Source: a virus (lineage: Duplodnaviria > Caudoviricetes). From it: a DNA stretch of 61,332 nt. A model generated the notes under the pieces. That model made no database searches. It was not told the DNA's origin and saw nothing but the letters and a program-made list of their open reading frames with translations. The stretch spans positions 1 to 61,332 of the IMG/VR virus record IMGVR_UViG_3300017996_000001; one strand, 5' to 3'. The translations under genes were made by a program, and so were the position numbers. Shown piece by piece: positions 9,664 to 17,954 of the stretch (within the stretch, counting starts at the first letter, position 1; each line of letters begins with the position of its first letter).

Positions 9664-10262
9664 TGGCTTTGCTCCACTACAGTCTGGTCTGCCTTGACAA
9701 AGGTCACATTGACCTGGACTCCGCCGCCGGCCCCCGGCACACCTCCGAGTCCTCCGGCTGCCCGCGCCGGTTTGATGAGAAGAAGTTCAGCCAGATCCAT
9801 GATCTGCTGATTGGTCCACTTCTCTGGACTGGCTTCAAGTCGTGCTTGCAGCTCATCCAGGGTAGTGAGCCCGAGGGTCTTCATCCTTTCCAGGGTGTCC
9901 ACGAAGACCTGCTCCCGCTGATGGGAGTAGTATTCCAGCAGTTCCACGAACATGGGATCTCGCTGGATACTCGAGATGTAGGCTGGAGAATATCCGGTGA
10001 TTAGGCTGACCTCGCCTCCTGGGGTGCCGGAGGCCAGCAGCCTCGCCAGCTGGTGGTGGGCGTGCTTGATAGTGAGGACTGTCTGGGCGCTGGTGCCCAT
10101 TGGCTCGCGAGCAGCAAGTGCTGGCACGTCCTCGGCTGTCAGGCTGCGGAGCACCGCGATCTCGACATGGACCCTCGGCCGACGGCCACCACGGCTGTCA
10201 GGCAGGAAGATCTCCTGGACTATGTCTTGGGGCTGCGCTTGGCTGCCCTCGGAGTCTGGCAA
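9660..10262 (-). CDS. terS: Probable terminase small subunit
   Basis: HTH-like segment (HHQLARLLASG...ITGYSPAYISSI), helical core and terminal beta-strand VQVNVTFV; first gene of the late arm, next to the non-coding control region. Confidence 0.6.
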   Translation of the reverse strand: MPDSEGSQAQPQDIVQEIFLPDSRGGRRPRVHVEIAVLRSLTAEDVPALAAREPMGTSAQTVLTIKHAHHQLARLLASGTPGGEVSLITGYSPAYISSIQRDPMFVELLEYYSHQREQVFVDTLERMKTLGLTTLDELQARLEASPEKWTNQQIMDLAELLLIKPARAAGGLGGVPGAGGGVQVNVTFVKADQTVVEQSQ

Positions 10263-10650
10263 GTCTGGGTTCCTGAGGTCTGGTTGCCCGGTGGCTGGTC
10301 CTGGAAGGAGGGGCTAGGCGCTTGCTGCCCTCTGCCCTGCTCCTTCCAGTCCCCAGCCCAAGGAGGCAACGGGCAACCAATCCGCCGCCATAAGCATAAT
10401 GAACGCGCGCGCGCGAGGCGGCAAGGCCGATGGCCGTGGGTCGGCCGAGGCTGGGGGCAATCTGTGGGGGCGCGGGGGCCAGCCCCGCCAGGCGCACGGC
10501 TTGCAGGTCCGCCTTGCGTTTTGGCAGGAAGAAGAAGAAAGTGACCCACGCTGAAATCTGAAAAAAAGTCAGGATGGCTTTATACGCCCATTCCTTAACC
10601 AGTCCTAAGGCCGGTCCCCCCGGCCTCGCCAGCCATGGGCGGAAACGAGT

Positions 10651-10686
10651 CCGAGGCGGAAGCTGGTTTGATCCAGTCCGCCTCGG
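10651..10686 (-). terminator. GC-rich stem-loop downstream of the 10719-11306 gene
   Basis: CCGAGGCGGA..CTGG / CCAGTCCGCCTCGG inverted repeat; the U-tract is weak. Confidence 0.5.
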
Positions 10687-10718
10687 CTTGCATAGCCTTG
10701 GTTGTCAAGTGTCCTGGA

Positions 10719-11306
10719 TCAAAGATCAGACAAATCAACCTCGGCAGCATCACTGGCCACCTTGGCTGCAACCTTAGCCTTGTCCGCGAGGCGCTTGGCC
10801 ACGTTCTTGCTTGCCACCTCGGCAATTGACTTGCCTTTGTGCGGTCCGACAGAGAACACATCACGGGCAAGCTTGGCGTCGATAAGGCTGCGCCACGAGC
10901 GAGAGTTTCCGCCAATGGTGAACACGGTCTCGTCATCAATTTTGCCTTTGGGCCAAGAGCCCTTGGCACGCAGCACGGCTTGCAGATCCGCCTTGGCCAG
11001 GCTTTCAGCCTCGCGTTCAACCGGATCAACGCTGGAGCCGCGTTCAACCGTAATTTCGCCGGACTGTAAGCGAGCGAGATACTCCTCGGTGAAGTCTTTA
11101 CGCCAGCCAGCCTTGGTCTCAATCGTGGCAGGAGCCTTGGTCTCTTCCTCAAACTTATCTGCCTTGGCGACTACCTTGGAGGCAACTTCATTGCCAAGCC
11201 AGTGAGCCAAGCCCTTGGTCATAAGAGCCAGGCGAGAGATTTCGGGGAGCGAAGCTTCGTCAACCGAGACCGTGACTGCGCCATCGCGGGATGCATATGT
11301 AAGCAT
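10719..11306 (-). CDS. Hypothetical helical, Ala/Lys-rich protein with acidic tail (EVDLSDL)
   Basis: ATG at 11306 with AAGGA upstream and its own promoter; the longer 351-aa call runs through non-coding repeats. Confidence 0.8.
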   Translation of the reverse strand: MLTYASRDGAVTVSVDEASLPEISRLALMTKGLAHWLGNEVASKVVAKADKFEEETKAPATIETKAGWRKDFTEEYLARLQSGEITVERGSSVDPVEREAESLAKADLQAVLRAKGSWPKGKIDDETVFTIGGNSRSWRSLIDAKLARDVFSVGPHKGKSIAEVASKNVAKRLADKAKVAAKVASDAAEVDLSDL

Positions 11307-11361
11307 GGAAGTGTTCCTTTGGGTTGGACGGACCGGACACCGTGTCCCGTCCGACAAATAC

Positions 11362-11390
11362 ACAATACGCCCAGCTGGTCCGAAAGGCAA
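11362..11390 (-). promoter_or_regulatory. sigma70-type promoter, leftward
   Basis: TTGCCT-17 bp-TATTGT on the - strand, upstream of 11306. Confidence 0.65.
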
Positions 11391-11520
11391 CATTTCCGTT
11401 GGCCAAATCTGATCACGAATTGTAACAAGGCTGACGGCCCGGCTGGGCTGACGTTTTGGCCGTTTCATCAGCCCAAGGCCAGTTCGATCACGCTTTTGTG
11501 ACCAGACTGGAAGGAAATTT

Positions 11521-11831
11521 GGCCCCCGCTGGGCCCCCGCTGGGCGGTATTTGGTATCTGACCCCAGCGCGGTATTTGGTATCTGGCGAAGCCTGGCTGG
11601 CGGATTCGCGCCCCGCCAACCCACGTTTCCTTGGAAAACCAGCCTGTTACCCGTCATTCCGCCGCAAACACCAATACCTCCAGTTGCATGTGTTGTTACT
11701 CCCTCTCTCCGTCTGGCTCCCTTGCCCCCCAGTACTGCCCGGCTCGGCCCCGTGGTATAGGGTTTTTTTCTCATTTTTTTTTTTTACTGGAATTCTGGAA
11801 CTGACCCACGCACCCGCCCACGCACCCACGC
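11521..11831. repeat. Control-region repeats (candidate origin/pac region)
   Basis: GGCCCCCGCTG x2, GCGGTATTTGGTATCTG x2 (11544, 11569), T-rich run at 11763-11785, CCCACGC x3 (11804-11831). Confidence 0.75.
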
Positions 11832-11865
11832 AAGTCGGATGACGTCAATAACATCACATGTAATC

Positions 11866-11894
11866 TTGTGTATCACCGTTTACCCCGTTATAAT
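11866..11894 (+). promoter_or_regulatory. sigma70-type promoter, rightward early
   Basis: TTGTGT-17 bp-TATAAT upstream of 11969. Confidence 0.65.
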
Positions 11895-11968
11895 GTCCCA
11901 CATCACACCCGAGGCTTCGCCAGCCACACGAGACCAGCGAGCGAAGCTCGCTAGAAAGCCAATCCCTC

Positions 11969-12487
11969 ATGCCAATCACCTCCGACAGGCTTGCCCACGT
12001 AATCACCGCCGCGCGCCAGATCGAGCTTGAGTACCTAACCGCATGTGAAATGGTCACAGACCTAATTGCCAAGCGCGAGACCCAACTCATAACCGAAGCC
12101 GAATTCCTCTCCAGCCTTTGGCCAATCATCTCCAATCCCACAGCTAACATCTCCCAGGCTTGTATCACTCTTGGAATCGAGGAGGAAAGATACAAGCTCC
12201 GCGCTAAACATAACCGCTGGAGCCGAGACTACATGCGGCGAGTCAGATCTGGTGAGATAGTCCAAACTCCCAAGCCAGCGCTTGCCAAGCCCCGAGAGGC
12301 TTCGCCAGCCACGGCTTCGCCAGCCACTAGCCTAACCCAAGACATAATCACCCAGATCGAGCGCGAGGCAGAACTCGAAGCTCAACGCATGGCAGCAGCC
12401 AGCTTGCCAGCGGCTTCGCCAACCACCCATTGCCAGCATGATCCTCTAGCCGAAGACCCAATGGACCAGCTTGGAGACTTGCTTTGA
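11969..12487 (+). CDS. Hypothetical early protein
   Basis: First ORF after the rightward promoter; contains ASPAT repeats; ends DQLGDLL. Confidence 0.7.
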   Translation: MPITSDRLAHVITAARQIELEYLTACEMVTDLIAKRETQLITEAEFLSSLWPIISNPTANISQACITLGIEEERYKLRAKHNRWSRDYMRRVRSGEIVQTPKPALAKPREASPATASPATSLTQDIITQIEREAELEAQRMAAASLPAASPTTHCQHDPLAEDPMDQLGDLL

Positions 12488-12499
12488 CCACACCCGGCT

Positions 12500-12588
12500 G
12501 GCCAGTACGATCACGCCAGTACGATCACGTAATGTAACACAATATAACAAAAACGTGATTAAGCCATTGCCACGCCATGTGTTATAAT
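12500..12588 (+). promoter_or_regulatory. Operator-like repeats and extended -10 promoter
   Basis: GCCAGTACGATCAC x2, inverted ATCACG/CGTGAT copies, and TGnTATAAT at 12580-12588. Confidence 0.55.
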
Positions 12589-12800
12589 TACCACATCACC
12601 AGTCCCAGCGGCTCCAACGGAGTCCCAGCCAGGCTCTTCAACCAAAGGTTCCCTCCCCCTGCCAGGCGCAATTCTTTCCAGGCCCAGGTGGCGGCCCAGC
12701 CACTCTAGTCATCTTCGCGGACCTCAGGGACGAAACCAGGGCGGTATTTACCATCGAAACCAACAGTCTATATTTCCACGGTCTTGCGGAGGTATGAGTC

Positions 12801-12890
12801 ATGGAATTCTTCATCTACCTCGCCTTCTTCTTCGCCGTGACTTGGTTCCTGTCTAAAATTGACAACTATCCCGGCAACGGTATCGACTAG
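12801..12890 (+). CDS. 29-aa hydrophobic peptide (not in the ORF track)
   Basis: GGAGG RBS; MEFFIYLAFFFAVTWFLSKIDNYPGNGID. Confidence 0.55.
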   Translation: MEFFIYLAFFFAVTWFLSKIDNYPGNGID

Positions 12891-13143
12891 GAGCCAGCCA
12901 TGGCCAATATCCAGTCCAACACAACTGCCAGCGCTTGCAGAGCTTGGATCAACTCCAAGCCCGCTGGCGGAATGCACCAGGCCGGCAGAAGACATCAGAC
13001 CCCTCCCTCTCCAGTCCCTCGCGGACAAAATCATGGACCTCGCCAGCGCGATCGAGTCCAGGACCAAAGCCAAGCATGAGATCCTCAGGTTCTTCTCCGA
13101 CGCGGACCTCATAGCCGAACTCGCCAAGAGGCACACAAAATGA
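12859..13143 (+). CDS. Small hypothetical protein (start uncertain)
   Basis: C-terminal SDADLIAELAKR; ATGA coupling to the next gene. Confidence 0.45.
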   Translation: MTTIPATVSTRSQPWPISSPTQLPALAELGSTPSPLAECTRPAEDIRPLPLQSLADKIMDLASAIESRTKAKHEILRFFSDADLIAELAKRHTK

Positions 13144-13361
13144 CCCGCCAGGACTACATCCTCATCGCCCAGATCCTCCACGAGCGCAAACCTATCCAGC
13201 CAACAACCATCATCGGCCGCAGCTACAAGCAGGTATTTAGGGAACTTGAGCGAGACTGGATCCTCATGATTATCGCCTTCGCGGATAACCTAGGAGATTG
13301 CAATCCAAAATTTTCCAAAGATCTCTTTATCGCCCATTGTGAACTCGGAGCTAAGCCATGA
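13140..13361 (+). CDS. Small hypothetical phage protein
   Basis: MTRQDYILIA...NPKFSKDLFIAHC resembles a common small phage family; ATGA couplings at both ends. Confidence 0.75.
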   Translation: MTRQDYILIAQILHERKPIQPTTIIGRSYKQVFRELERDWILMIIAFADNLGDCNPKFSKDLFIAHCELGAKP

Positions 13362-13921
13362 CCCAGGCTACCAAGCGGAAACTCCGAGCGTCCCAGGCCG
13401 AAGGCACCGGCGGAAACTCGCCAAACTCGCCAAACCCAGCTAGCCCAGACGACTTCACAGCCCTAATCACCCAGGCTCTCGGCGCCCCAGCCAGGCTCGA
13501 TTTCCAGCCCAGCATCCCTCGGCCGACCCTCCTAGTTTCCCTCACTACCGAGGGAGCCCTATGCATGGCCTTGCCGGGTCCAACTGGAGTCCCCCGCTAT
13601 GTTACCCTCAAGCCAGGCCACGAAGCACAGATCCTTACCCGTATTCTTGAGGGACAAGCTACGGGCAAATATGCTATCGGCTCCGACGGTGCTCCGACCT
13701 CTCAACAGTCCGAACATTGGGCGAAGCACAGTACCTTCCCTGATAGCCGCTGCCCTCACTGCCAAGCTGAGGGCCGCTTCAGCAGCACCAAGATCAAGCT
13801 CACTACCATAGTACGCAGCAGCGTCCAGCGCGGCGAGATCACAGTCCGGAGGCTCAATCCCTCCAGTGCCAAGATAGTCCGTCCGGCCCAGCCGGTCAGC
13901 GAAGCTGATCTCGGAATCTAG
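13358..13921 (+). CDS. Hypothetical protein with H..H..CPHC motif and C-terminal VSEADLGI
   Basis: GGAG RBS; coupled start. Confidence 0.75.
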   Translation: MTQATKRKLRASQAEGTGGNSPNSPNPASPDDFTALITQALGAPARLDFQPSIPRPTLLVSLTTEGALCMALPGPTGVPRYVTLKPGHEAQILTRILEGQATGKYAIGSDGAPTSQQSEHWAKHSTFPDSRCPHCQAEGRFSSTKIKLTTIVRSSVQRGEITVRRLNPSSAKIVRPAQPVSEADLGI

Positions 13922-13947
13922 TCCACGCCAGCCAAGGAACCCCAGCC

Positions 13948-14154
13948 ATGCCAACTTGCCAGCCAACTTGCCAGCCCACTTGCCAGCCAAACCTCATTGA
14001 CCTCCTAGCTCGAGTTCCCACTCCCATCCTCGAACTCTGGGCACTCCGCCTAATCTCCCACGCCAACGGGCCGACGCTGCGCTACGGAGTTGCCAGAATC
14101 GAAGCCGAGCTTAGGTTGCGGCTCACGCCAGCCTACCAAGTTCCCCAGTCCTAG
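13948..14154 (+). CDS. Small hypothetical protein with PTCQ x3 repeat
   Basis: AAGGA RBS; 12-bp tandem repeat GCCAACTTGCCA at 13950-13990. Confidence 0.55.
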   Translation: MPTCQPTCQPTCQPNLIDLLARVPTPILELWALRLISHANGPTLRYGVARIEAELRLRLTPAYQVPQS

Positions 14155-14181
14155 CCCCAGTCCAGCCACGGAGCCTCCCAT

Positions 14182-14541
14182 ATGTCCAATCTAACTGTCC
14201 AAGCCAGACTTCTGGTCGAAAAGACCATTGTATCCAAGGTTGTCTCAGCCGCCCTTGCTGCTGACTACGATCTCACAGTTAATGACGGGGAAGAGGACAC
14301 CATCCAGCAAAGCGATAACCACAAGGAAATCCTCAAAGCCCTCTTCACCACAGACCAAGACACATTATACCTGTTCAACGACAAAGGTCTCCAAGTTGGC
14401 TGGGTAGACTTCATATACGGCAATGATGGCTGGGATGTCATCAACGACTACACCTTAAATCTGGAGGAACTTCTAAAGCCTATTCTTAGCTGGATAGACA
14501 AATCAGAAGCCTCTCCTATTCTCCTTGCGGTTCTTCGCTAA
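14182..14541 (+). CDS. Conserved-looking acidic hypothetical phage protein
   Basis: GGAG RBS; VNDGEE...GWVDFIYGNDGWDVINDY. Confidence 0.8.
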   Translation: MSNLTVQARLLVEKTIVSKVVSAALAADYDLTVNDGEEDTIQQSDNHKEILKALFTTDQDTLYLFNDKGLQVGWVDFIYGNDGWDVINDYTLNLEELLKPILSWIDKSEASPILLAVLR

Positions 14542-14575
14542 TCACCCAACCCTCCCAACTCCCGGAGCCTCCCAT

Positions 14576-15532
14576 ATGTCCGCCATTACCCTCACCCCAG
14601 CTCAAGAAGCCCTCCTTGACCAGCGCTACAAGGAATGGCTCGCCTACGGCTACAGCTGCGCCCCAGCCGACTTCCCAGCTGCCGACGCGGCCATTACCAG
14701 ACTCTACGCCCTGATTAACCTCCCAGCCCCTAAGATCATCCATGTCCCCAGCATCTACGCAGCCGAGGTCAAAGCCAACGAGCTATTCAATCCAAACTAT
14801 CGCCCTGGCGAAGCCCTCAGTCCTATCTTCCTCAACAATCGTTGGGCCTCCCAGCATTGGACTTCCCTCGAAGCCCATTACTTCTTCCTGCGCGAGATCA
14901 ACGTCGATGTTGGAGAGGAGTTTCTTGACCCCCTCACTCAGTGGGCCATCCTTGCCAAGTCCATCTGCTGGTGGGCCGCATGGGAGGGCATAGCTATCGT
15001 GTCTGACCGAGCCGAGGAACTCCATGTCGATGCTCAGGGCAACCTGCACTGCGAGACTGGTCCAGCAATCAAGTTTCGCAACGGCTGGGCAATCTACAAC
15101 TGGCACGGGGTGCAGATTCCATCCCAGTGGATCGAAGATCGCGCCAGCATCACAATTCGCCAGATCCAAGCCGAGGGCAACATAGAGCTTCGCCGAGTCC
15201 TCATGGACCTCTACGGCCGCAACAGGTATCTGCTCGACGCCGGGGCGAAACCCATAGCCGAGGACAGGTTCGGCAAGCTCTGGTCCATGAAGGAACCCGG
15301 CAGCAACGAGCCACTGGTATATGTCCAGGTCTGGAACAGCACGGAGGAACCCCAGTTCGCGGAGTCCGACATCTTCAAAGCTTGGTGGACCAAACACTAC
15401 CCCGGCCAACCCTCCCGGCCCCGGCGCGAGTTCTGGCTTCGAGTCCCTCCCGGCACCAAAACCCCCCACGAGGCTGTAGCATGGACATTCGGAAAAACCT
15501 CCAAGACCTACAACCCCAGCCACGAGGCTTGA
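14576..15532 (+). CDS. DUF6745-type protein
   Basis: LHCETGPAIKFRNGWAIYNWHGVQIP...EGNIELRRVLM...LRVPP...EAVAWTFG; ATG at 14576 with GGAG. Confidence 0.75.
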   Translation: MSAITLTPAQEALLDQRYKEWLAYGYSCAPADFPAADAAITRLYALINLPAPKIIHVPSIYAAEVKANELFNPNYRPGEALSPIFLNNRWASQHWTSLEAHYFFLREINVDVGEEFLDPLTQWAILAKSICWWAAWEGIAIVSDRAEELHVDAQGNLHCETGPAIKFRNGWAIYNWHGVQIPSQWIEDRASITIRQIQAEGNIELRRVLMDLYGRNRYLLDAGAKPIAEDRFGKLWSMKEPGSNEPLVYVQVWNSTEEPQFAESDIFKAWWTKHYPGQPSRPRREFWLRVPPGTKTPHEAVAWTFGKTSKTYNPSHEA

Positions 15533-15662
15533 GGGGCGGGCTAGCAGGCGCTCGGTCCCTAGCCTTCCACACACTCGTCCAGCTTCCAGCTCTTTACTCC
15601 CCCTGGGGTTCCCATCCGGACCTAGTCACTTCCCTCACCCGCGCACTCAGGAGACACCAGCC

Positions 15663-15971
15663 ATGACCCAATTTGAACTCATGCTTCGCGATACTGCCGC
15701 CGCCCTTTCCGCTCGCTTCGCAGACCAGAACGCCGGGCATCTCAGCCTAGTTATCAGCATCGAGGGCCGAACCATGCCAGAGGACATCAAAATCACCTTC
15801 CGAGTCTCAGACCAGTACTACAACGGCGATGCTGTCTCCGGCGGCAGCCTTGACGCCTGTGTGGATGAACTGTTCCGCCGACGGGGCTGGTCCCAGGCCA
15901 ACGCGCCACTCATGCTCCGCCCCCCGACCTCGCCAGCCGAGGCAGCAGCCGTGGACGATATGCCACTCTAG
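15663..15971 (+). CDS. Hypothetical protein with SSB-like acidic tail (VDDMPL)
   Basis: AGGAG RBS. Confidence 0.75.
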   Translation: MTQFELMLRDTAAALSARFADQNAGHLSLVISIEGRTMPEDIKITFRVSDQYYNGDAVSGGSLDACVDELFRRRGWSQANAPLMLRPPTSPAEAAAVDDMPL

Positions 15972-16086
15972 GTCCCAGCTCCTGGCCTTGACCCTTCCTC
16001 CATACGGGCTACGGCCCGTATTTGGGGAGTGCCAAGCTAGCACTTCCAGGCCACGGGTCCGTGGCCTGTAATTAGGAGTACTTCCT

Positions 16087-16494
16087 ATGTTAGTCAATCC
16101 CAATGGTATCCTTGGCCAGGTGCGCCAGGGCGACGTGCTGATCGAACTGGTCAGCCCGAACCTGTCTCGCCCGGCAGTCCCCGCCAGCGCGGCCCCGGTC
16201 CTCGCCGAGGGCGAAACTCATGGTCACTCCCATCGAGTCTTTGCCCGTGATGGTGCTATCGTCGGTCGCCTCGCGCCTGTGGAGCACTTCCGTGACCCGA
16301 ATCTCGAGGGCCAGATTGGCCGAACGGTCTACGGAGGCACTCTGCTGCTCGACGCCCCCGGCGAAGTCGGTCATGTGAACCGCGACGGCTCGGCGACCGG
16401 AGAGCACCAGACTCTGCCTCTCGAGTCTGGAACTCACCACGTTATCCTGCAGCGGGAATACAATCCTGAAGCAGATCGCCGCGCGGCGGACTGA
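16087..16494 (+). CDS. His-rich partner protein of DUF6745 (RQGDV family)
   Basis: RQGDVLI...LAEGETHGHSHRV...EH...QREYNPE...RRAAD. Confidence 0.75.
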   Translation: MLVNPNGILGQVRQGDVLIELVSPNLSRPAVPASAAPVLAEGETHGHSHRVFARDGAIVGRLAPVEHFRDPNLEGQIGRTVYGGTLLLDAPGEVGHVNRDGSATGEHQTLPLESGTHHVILQREYNPEADRRAAD

Positions 16495-16513
16495 GCCCCA
16501 GGCCCACCAGCTG

Positions 16514-16549
16514 GAGCCGGGGAGCTTGCCAGCTATGGCTCCCCGGCTC
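16514..16549 (+). terminator. 12-bp stem hairpin
   Basis: GAGCCGGGGAGC / GCTCCCCGGCTC directly after 16494. Confidence 0.55.
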
Positions 16550-16583
16550 TTGCCAGACCATAACTATAATAAGGAACCTCACA

Positions 16584-16775
16584 ATGCATGATCGCCAGCC
16601 AGCTCCTCGCATACTGAACTCTCGCTGCCCACAGTGTGAGGCTGCGCTTGGCATCCGCCCAGCCAAGGCCCCACACAAGCGCTTCTGCAGCACCAAGTGT
16701 CGGAACCTCTGGCACTCCGAGCGCCGAGCCAAGGCCATGGAGAGGCTCAAGGCTGAGGAGGAGACAGTGGTATGA
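16584..16775 (+). CDS. Small Zn-finger protein
   Basis: CPQC...KRFCSTKCR; AAGGA RBS. Confidence 0.7.
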   Translation: MHDRQPAPRILNSRCPQCEAALGIRPAKAPHKRFCSTKCRNLWHSERRAKAMERLKAEEETVV

Positions 16776-16961
16776 AGCCATATGCCAGCCATGCCAGTCA
16801 TGCCAGCCCAAGACCAGTATACCATGAGTTATTAGGTCTTCACTTAAGACCTAGCAATTTCCTAACATCCAGGCGATCTGCTTGCGAGTTGCCTGCATTC
16901 TTTTCTCTCCCTTCTTGGCACTTAAGCCCTTCGTTATTCAACAACCTCAAGGAGTCCCTTC

Positions 16962-17378
16962 ATGCCCATGCTCAAATCCCTCCTCGTCGGAGTCCACTTC
17001 CACCCGCCGGCCAAACTAATCCTCGCTAGCCTCCCGGCCGGAACTCCAGTGTCCCTAGTCCCCGAACCGGAGAACCCCTATGATCCAGATGCTATCCAGG
17101 TCTACGTTGACCCTTCGCATATACCAGCCAGTGAGAGACCAGGCCTGGAACTCGCCCTACCTGGCATGGGGCAAGACTTGGTATCCATCCTCACCCAAGA
17201 TTCCATTCTCCTTGGACATGTGGCAGCTACTGGGGGAAAACCCTTGCTTAAAGCTGGTCCAGGCTTTGTTGGAACCCTCGAATTTGCCGGGCTCCGCAGC
17301 GCCAGACTAGGCTTCAGCCCTGATGGTTCGCCAACCTTGACAGCTGAGAAGGAGGCCAACGATGACCAGGAAGCTTAG
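16962..17378 (+). CDS. HIRAN domain protein
   Basis: LVGVHFH...LVPEPENPYDPDAIQV...LGHV. Confidence 0.8.
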   Translation: MPMLKSLLVGVHFHPPAKLILASLPAGTPVSLVPEPENPYDPDAIQVYVDPSHIPASERPGLELALPGMGQDLVSILTQDSILLGHVAATGGKPLLKAGPGFVGTLEFAGLRSARLGFSPDGSPTLTAEKEANDDQEA

Positions 17379-17703
17379 AGGCGACGAGTTCGACCCTCCG
17401 GCCTATTCCCATCCTCCGAAGGCTCCATTGCTGGCCTTGGCGCTCTTGCTGGCGCTGGGAGCCCATGCACGGGCAGATGGCCCAGCTACTGACATCCCTA
17501 TTTGCGCCGCAGACCTGCCAGTCGGTTCGCTCTGCATCTGGCGAGGTGCTCCAACCTGTGCCGTCCACGATTCTCAGGTCGCCGACGACCCAGCAAACTA
17601 TTGCCATGCCAGATACCAAGCCAAGCAGTTTTCCCCCCTAACATTGGAAGGTCGCACCCGGCTTGAGGGCCTTTGTGTCGAGCACCAGCGGAGGATGAAA
17701 TGA
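17362..17703 (+). CDS. Small exported Cys-rich protein
   Basis: Hydrophobic LLALALLLALGAHARA followed by several Cys; AAGGAGG RBS. Confidence 0.6.
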   Translation: MTRKLRGDEFDPPAYSHPPKAPLLALALLLALGAHARADGPATDIPICAADLPVGSLCIWRGAPTCAVHDSQVADDPANYCHARYQAKQFSPLTLEGRTRLEGLCVEHQRRMK

Positions 17704-17954
17704 AGCGCGCTTTCCTAACTCTCGCCGTCGCGATGATCGTGTTTGTATGGCTTCCCCTACGTGTCCTTGGTTTAGATTGGAGCATAAAATGACCGATGAG
17801 ACCAGCGCCCCGATCATCGACCTCGCCCGTTGGCGTCAAGCACGCGCGCTTCCACCAGGAGCGATTGAGGTCACGTTCCCTGAGGCCCGCGCCCGCGCAT
17901 GGCTTGCAGCCAGGCGGCCAAGCCCTACTTCCTTCAACCAAGGACTCCCTCCCC

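Noticed and set aside
11307-11774. N-terminal extension making a 351-aa ORF
   Set aside because: It runs through a promoter and repeats; the RBS and ATG at 11306 are better supported.
10263-12800. Lysogeny module or tRNA genes
   Set aside because: No integrase, CI-like repressor or tRNA cloverleaf was recognised here or elsewhere; ParB is fused to an MTase and has no ParA partner.
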